DNA of 63,083 bases, filler included, from Stramenopiles sp. TOSAG23-3 (Eukaryota), in the NCBI GenBank assembly GCA_900128585.1. It is 18 parts of 18 records of this genome, joined end to end, with 100 filler letters (N's around TTAATTAATTAA, not from the genome) between each part and the next. Parts side by side here need not be neighbours in the genome. Positions count along the whole stretch, not along the records: positions 56,191 to 59,587 come from LT644249.1; positions 59,688 to 63,083 come from LT644250.1; 16 more parts are not named here. One strand, 5' to 3'. The notes beneath the pieces were generated by a model. The model did no database searches. It saw only the letters and a list, made by a program, of their open reading frames with translations, and was not told the DNA's origin. Shown here piece after piece: positions 57,510-63,083 of this stretch. The position numbers and the translations under genes are program-made. The number at the start of each line of letters is the position of its first letter. Within the stretch, counting starts at the first letter, position 1.

Positions 57510-58811
57510 ATGCCAAAGACCTGTAAGACCAGTAAGACGAACAAGCCTTCAAGGCGCGTATTAAATAGGAGCGCACTTGCAGGAAAAGGCAAGCTCTTCT
57601 CAAAAGGTGGAGACAATCGCTTGACACGAAAACCGGCTCGCGAAGACAAGAAGCATGCTTCGAGGTGTCCCGACCTCAAGGATGCCAGGAAGTTGAATCT
57701 GGGGAACCTGAAGGACGAAAATGCGTGGTACTACCAAGCGGGCGCGGGGGTGCGGGGACAGCGGTATTACTTGACCATTCGTGAGGAGGGATATTTGGTA
57801 CTCAAGTTGAAGGGGGAAAAGAGTCATCCTGCCCTTTTAAATTTCGTAGAAGATTGGTTTGGAGACAAAGCATGGCATTTCGGCTCTGCATCGCGCTTAG
57901 CTACGTGGGTGTCCAAGCACCATACCGACAACATGGGTTTGTTAAACAAGCCAAGGGCCCTCAACCAAATCAGGCACGCTCAAACCAAGGACAACTTGGA
58001 GAACGTGTTGGACCGTTTTGATATTGTACTGTGCTTCCAACTCAAGTTGCTCCATTATCGGGACGAGTGGTCCCTTGCGATCGAGGGAAAAGTATTTTTT
58101 TTTGCCTTCACTGTCGAAGGCTGGACGGTTCCGACTGGCTACACAGCGGAATGTTCCGGAGGAAAGGTAGGCGCACCAGTCCTGGAGGAGGCTTACGTGG
58201 CTTCCCTAACGAAAAAGTTCGGCAGCTCGGCATGGCACTTTCAGTCTCCCTGCTGCTTTGGGAAACATGCCCACAAATTTACCACCAAGAAGGCGCTCAA
58301 GCCGACCAAAGGGTGGAAGGTAGCCATGTGCGAAAAGTTCAGGCAGCAGGACGGCACCAGCCTGGCCACTGTCCTCGAGACGCAGCAAAAGCTGCGAAAG
58401 CCCGCCAAAGAGGAGGCCGCCGCCGTCGCCGCTGCCAAGGTTGAAGTTTCCCAAAGGCCCGCCAAAAAGGGGGCCGCCGCCGTCGCCGCTGCCAAGGCTG
58501 AAGTTTCCCTTGCCATCTTTGACGCGCTGGGGAAAGACAAAAAACCAGCTGCTTCAGTCGGAGATACAACTGGAAATACCCTGAAGCGTGGTCTATCCTT
58601 TGAACCAATAAACTCTGAGTTGTTGGAGCTACCATTTTTCGAGGACGACGAGCTAAGAGACGAGGACATAGACTTAACTCTCTTGGACGACATCTTTCCG
58701 ATTATGGCGATGTCGCACGAAGTCATTATGACTGAAAACGCTCAAAATTTCTCAGAAGGAATTAATAGTCTACTACCTTTTAACGAGGATCTTTTTCGCT
58801 ATGGTCATTAG
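57510..58811 (+). CDS. Hypothetical protein with an internally duplicated RAMA/SAND-like domain and an acidic tail
   Basis: Two repeats sharing (W/K)FG(DK/SS)AWHF(G/Q)S; the second continues SPCCFGKH...KGW...GTSLATV; 57-bp tandem duplication at 58401-58509; acidic-hydrophobic C-terminus. Confidence 0.7.
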   Translation: MPKTCKTSKTNKPSRRVLNRSALAGKGKLFSKGGDNRLTRKPAREDKKHASRCPDLKDARKLNLGNLKDENAWYYQAGAGVRGQRYYLTIREEGYLVLKLKGEKSHPALLNFVEDWFGDKAWHFGSASRLATWVSKHHTDNMGLLNKPRALNQIRHAQTKDNLENVLDRFDIVLCFQLKLLHYRDEWSLAIEGKVFFFAFTVEGWTVPTGYTAECSGGKVGAPVLEEAYVASLTKKFGSSAWHFQSPCCFGKHAHKFTTKKALKPTKGWKVAMCEKFRQQDGTSLATVLETQQKLRKPAKEEAAAVAAAKVEVSQRPAKKGAAAVAAAKAEVSLAIFDALGKDKKPAASVGDTTGNTLKRGLSFEPINSELLELPFFEDDELRDEDIDLTLLDDIFPIMAMSHEVIMTENAQNFSEGINSLLPFNEDLFRYGH

Positions 58812-59001
58812 CCAAAATCTTTAAATGATGTATCATATGATATTAAAACATACTAATATAATTAGTTTTTTTTACATGAGAGTCTTAAAACATACTATAT
58901 AATTTGTTTTTTACATTTTATTTATTTTTGAATCATATCATATCTTAATTCTGTATGTACGGACTTGGTTATTTTATTACATGTGACCACCACCACCACC
59001 A

Positions 59002-59587
59002 TCACTTTTGGTACATTTTCTTCTTGTCGTTGTCGTATACGTATTTCTTGAAGTTTAAGAACATCTTTGTGTCCTTACTCAACCCTGTCGTATCTTCGAA
59101 GGACACTTTAATTTTTCCGGACTTTCCAAACGGCCCGTCGATGGTCCCCATCGCCCCGTCCGCAGTTTCGAGCTTCATCCCTACGAACCTCGCGACGTCC
59201 GCCCCTTTCTCGAACAACTCCTTCAGGATGACTGCCCCGTTCTTATCGATCCTATCAATGACGCCGCTGCGTTGCTTGGTCTTGTAGATTCGCAAATTAT
59301 CTCGCACTACGCCGTACTCTTCCCCCAGGGGCTGGACCAACCGTCCGTAGAACGCAATGCGGAACTTTCCGGCGTTGACGTCCGTGTCGAGCCTGGAGCC
59401 GATCAAAAGGCTGCTCATGGGGCACATGATCGGGGTTTCAAATTCCAACAGCGCCCACTGCCCCCCTCGTGCCCCTTGCTTCACGCTCATCATCTCGTCC
59501 TGGTAATTGAAATCGCCCGCTGCGTCAAAGTTGGCGCAGATTTCCCCCTTCTTCAGCCCGGCCAAGGCCAGCTCTTTGGCACCGAAA
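59002..59587 (-). CDS. EEFSEC: Selenocysteine-specific elongation factor eEFSec, C-terminal part (5'-partial)
   Basis: QWALLEFETPIMCP..LLIGSRLDTD...RIAFYG...LRIYKTKQRSGVIDR...LFEK...FVGMK...GTIDGPFGKSGKIKV...FKKYVY matches eEFSec domains III-IV. Confidence 0.9.
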
Positions 59588-60739
59588 NNNNNNNNNNNNN
59601 NNNNNNNNNNNNNNNNNNNNNNNNNNNNNNNTTAATTAATTAANNNNNNNNNNNNNNNNNNNNNNNNNNNNNNNNNNNNNNNNNNNNTATGTAAATATAA
59701 TATAACATGATGTTGGTATTGAAAAGTTTTTATGGCGGCATTGTTAATAATAAAGAAGAGTTGCGAAGAAAAGGAAAGAAAGAAAGAAAGAAGAAGAAGG
59801 AGGAGTGTTATTAATGGCAATTTAATAAGAAGCTTTTTTTAATAATACATAGAAATAACGAAGAGAATGGAAAGAAATGTCTGTCAGTCATAAAAAAAGA
59901 AAAAAAGGTGAAAATTATTCTATATAATAATATTATACTTGAAATACATGACACAACATAGAGAAGAAGAAGAAGAAAAATAACAAACAAGAAAACAGAA
60001 AAATAAATAAAAAAACAATGAAGGACAACTAATTATTTTTTATTAATTGGATTGTATATTATATATAGGAATATTAGCTAATCGACGTACTTATATTTTA
60101 TGTAGTATATGAAGGTAAGATCATGCCCACCACCAAAACAAAACCCATCCTGGTATATTACCTATTAAAATAAGTAATAAGAAGTATATTTATATTGTAT
60201 TCTAAAAAGAGGAGGAAAAGTAAGTTTACAGTAACATAGAAATAATATAGAATTAAAAATATAACGGCATATAACGACAAAAATATAATATATCTGGAGG
60301 ACACATCCTAGAAATAGAAATAGAAATTAAGGTTTATAATTCTCTCAATCCAATCCAATCCAATATCCAATGCAATAAATCATTCATCATAAACACGAAC
60401 TCAACTAACTCAACAACCGTGTACCCTACACACACTATTAAGGTAGGAAGCGGCGGTAGTACATTTTACAAATAAATTAATAATAATAAAAAATAAATAA
60501 ATATTATTATTATGGTGTGTATAAAATAAATAAATAAATCAACAATTATTATATCATACGAAAGTGTACTATACTACATAAAATATTGAATGTTGTATGT
60601 TTAAGCGAAGATCAGTTATTTTCTTAGATTTCTATTGGTTTAGGTTTCAAAAAACAGTACAAAATTTCACCGAATTGATTTGTTAGATATTTCACTGCTT
60701 TCCTCCGGCCGCGTATCCCCCCCTATTCCCCGGCCGCGC

Positions 60740-62164
60740 ATGTTTTATAGTGGTCTGACGGACAGCGATGAGGACGACGCCTGGGTGTGCCAAAACTGTA
60801 CAGAAACTTCCAACATAGACAACACTTGTTCCGAATGTGGTCGAGCTCGTACCGCGGCAGAAGAAGTTTCTTCTACCATAACCTCCGTTTCTGCAGAGCC
60901 GTCGGTCTTTTCCAGCATGCGAAATCGCACCGGGTACGTGTACGAGAGTGTCTGTGAAATGCACGAGGAGATAAAAGCCCCTGGATCCGATGCCATACAC
61001 CCAGAGCGCCCGGCGCGCACTCGGGCAATACACGCACGCCTTGAAGCGCAGGGCCTCGTGAAGCGGTGCATTCGATGTCCGTCGCGCAGGGCAGAAGACT
61101 ACGAGCTGTGTGAGATACACTCGTATGATCACGTGCGACGAGTAAATTTTTGGTCGTCCCCAGAAAACGAAGGCCAGGACGGGCCAGCGAGCTCGGACGT
61201 GTACGTAAATTCAAGCTCTGCGATGGCAGCGGCCTTGTCCGCGGGGAGCGTGATCGAGGTAGTCCAAAGGGTCGCTCGTGGCGAGCTGACGAACGCCATA
61301 GCGAATGTTCGACCGCCAGGGCACCACGCCGAGCGATCTTGTGCCATGGGGTTCTGTTTTTACAACAATGTTGCTGTTGCTGCAAAGATGGCGCAGCGAA
61401 ATCCTCAAATTAGAAAAGTTTTGATTCTCGACTGGGACATTCACCACGGCAACGCGACAGAGAACCAGTTTCTGGACGACCCGAACGTGCTGTACATATC
61501 CCTGCATAGGTACGAAGGTGGCCAGTTCTACCCTGGCACCGGGTCACCGACCGTCGTCGGAGAAGGGCGCGGTGCTGGGCACAACATAAACATTGGTTGG
61601 CCCCATGGCGGGGTCGGGGACGTCGAGTATTTGGCGGCATTTTGGCATATCATAATGCCCATTGCGACGTCGTTTGCCCCCGACCTAGTCCTGGTGTCCG
61701 CTGGGTTTGACAGTGCAATGGGGGATCCGTTGGGGGGGTGTAGCGTTTCCCCGGCTGGGTATGCTCACATGACGGCGATGTTGAAGTCGCTAGCGCGCGG
61801 CCGCATCGTCGTCTGCCTGGAAGGCGGGTATAATTTGCGATCGATATCTCACAGCATGGAGGCCTGCGTGCACGTCCTCTTGGGCGATCTTCCTCTTCCC
61901 CAAATAGTCGAAAAAGCCCCTTCACCATTTGTCATGCGGTCTATTTTTCAAACCTACCAGTTGCACCAGCCCTTCTGGAACACCCTGGGATCCTTCGACG
62001 GGGTCACAGAGGCCAGCCGACTTTCGCTTGCGTGGGGCGGCCCGAGGTACCGTGGTGACCAGCAACACCCTGCGTTGCAGGAGGACAGCAAACCGCCGCC
62101 CCAAAAGAAGAAGAAACGTCCAAAAATTGTCAGTCGGTGGTGGCATTCTAAAAAACGTGGGTGA
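60740..62164 (+). CDS. Class II histone deacetylase with an N-terminal RanBP2-type zinc finger (HDA15-like)
   Basis: WVCQNCTETSNIDNTCSECG; HPERPAR; RPPGHHA; GFCFYNN; DWDIHHGN; SAGFD; LEGGY; C-terminal NLS-like PQKKKKRPK. Start uncertain (possible upstream exon). Confidence 0.93.
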   Translation: MFYSGLTDSDEDDAWVCQNCTETSNIDNTCSECGRARTAAEEVSSTITSVSAEPSVFSSMRNRTGYVYESVCEMHEEIKAPGSDAIHPERPARTRAIHARLEAQGLVKRCIRCPSRRAEDYELCEIHSYDHVRRVNFWSSPENEGQDGPASSDVYVNSSSAMAAALSAGSVIEVVQRVARGELTNAIANVRPPGHHAERSCAMGFCFYNNVAVAAKMAQRNPQIRKVLILDWDIHHGNATENQFLDDPNVLYISLHRYEGGQFYPGTGSPTVVGEGRGAGHNINIGWPHGGVGDVEYLAAFWHIIMPIATSFAPDLVLVSAGFDSAMGDPLGGCSVSPAGYAHMTAMLKSLARGRIVVCLEGGYNLRSISHSMEACVHVLLGDLPLPQIVEKAPSPFVMRSIFQTYQLHQPFWNTLGSFDGVTEASRLSLAWGGPRYRGDQQHPALQEDSKPPPQKKKKRPKIVSRWWHSKKRG

Positions 62165-62441
62165 CGGCTTTGAGGCGGCGAATGTGTGTTAAGTCTTAAG
62201 CTTTGTGTGTGTAAAGTTAAAATATTACATGCATTTTTTGTTAAAATGGTGCATAAAAAAAATATGGTTTTTGTGTACACTTAAAACCAACAAACTATCA
62301 CAAACATTAATTACGATCTTACACAAAAAACTTGAATTAGGATGAGAGAGACGCTTTCAAAAAAGCGCGCGGGTGTGCTCGCGGAGCAAAAACGTGAAAG
62401 GGCAGAGCGCCGCCGCGTGTTGGCCACAAGTCTGACCTCAA

Positions 62442-63083
62442 TCAGAGAGCACTTTGACCATCACCCTGCTGCGTCGTCTTCATCTCAGTGGCTACCGCTT
62501 CCGCGAGCGCAGCTGACCCATTGATCGGTGGGGCCATGAGACTGGTCCCAGGAACATTCTGCCCAACCGCAAAGGGCGCGGCGTTGTTCCTCGCCATTGA
62601 GGTCGGGGTGTTGGCATCGCCGCCGTTGCTTATGGTGTCGTCGGGGACCGAGACGTTTGATGCGCCACTGTGCTCCAGCACCGGCTCGCTAGATTTCGAC
62701 GATTTCAGCGTCAAACTTGGGGCTCCCTCCTTTGGGCTCTCGGACAATGATGCAAACTCAGCAGCGGACAGTGTCGTTGCGCTGTTATTTAAAAACGGAT
62801 CCACTATTCCGATGTTCACCGCATTTCCAGTGTCTGCCCTGGGGGGGTCCGACGGCGCTGCACCGATGGGAAAGGAGGCTTCCCCTACGACGGGTTGCTG
62901 CTTCCCGGTCGCAGCTTCCTCCTCCGACGTAGAGCCCTCGCTGGAATCCCGCTCATTAGAGACGGATTTTTTCAACTGCTTGGCGACAGCCAGCAAGTGC
63001 TCTTCGTCCGCTTTCGCCTTCTCGCGCGCAGCCTTCTCCAGCTGCTGCTGTCTACTCTTTGTGTACTTGTCAAACTTTTCTCG
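62442..63083 (-). CDS. Hypothetical protein, low-complexity C-terminal part (5'-partial)
   Basis: GC-rich frame running to the window edge; helical segment followed by an S/A/P-rich tail. Confidence 0.55.
   Translation of the reverse strand, partial: REKFDKYTKSRQQQLEKAAREKAKADEEHLLAVAKQLKKSVSNERDSSEGSTSEEEAATGKQQPVVGEASFPIGAAPSDPPRADTGNAVNIGIVDPFLNNSATTLSAAEFASLSESPKEGAPSLTLKSSKSSEPVLEHSGASNVSVPDDTISNGGDANTPTSMARNNAAPFAVGQNVPGTSLMAPPINGSAALAEAVATEMKTTQQGDGQSAL

Overview
The window is not one locus. It is 18 unrelated contigs of about 3.4 kb, sorted by decreasing length (3425 to 3396 bp) and joined by an artificial 100-bp linker (N44-TTAATTAATTAA-N44). The DNA is from a microbial eukaryote: mostly intron-poor GC-richer genes, very AT-rich intergenic DNA with (GAA)n/(GAAA)n microsatellites, and two visible GT-AG introns. 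The gene content (VSR, MORN5, ABCF, UBC4, CLC, eEFSec, HDA15-like HDAC, TM-LRR receptor-like proteins) fits a flagellated protist, probably a stramenopile, from a single-cell or metagenome assembly (inference). An exact short inversion at a contig end, a mosaic contig and repeated +1 homopolymer frameshifts suggest amplification or assembly noise. The most interesting signal is an unannotated dispersed repeat family on 4 of the 18 contigs. It forms long diverged fold-back hairpins and carries an intact 37-codon micro-ORF (MSExxDEEVDYGS-[11-aa hypervariable core]-DxAWS...NxSQx) in three copies. Other notable items: a class III aminotransferase fused to an Mpo1/DUF962-like membrane domain, a MITE with ~98-bp TIRs, a possible decayed viral D5-like helicase C-terminus, a protein with tandem RAMA-like domains and an acidic tail, and a recurrent GTACC(W)GGTAC palindrome upstream of genes. 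All family assignments come from motif recognition by eye; no database search was run.
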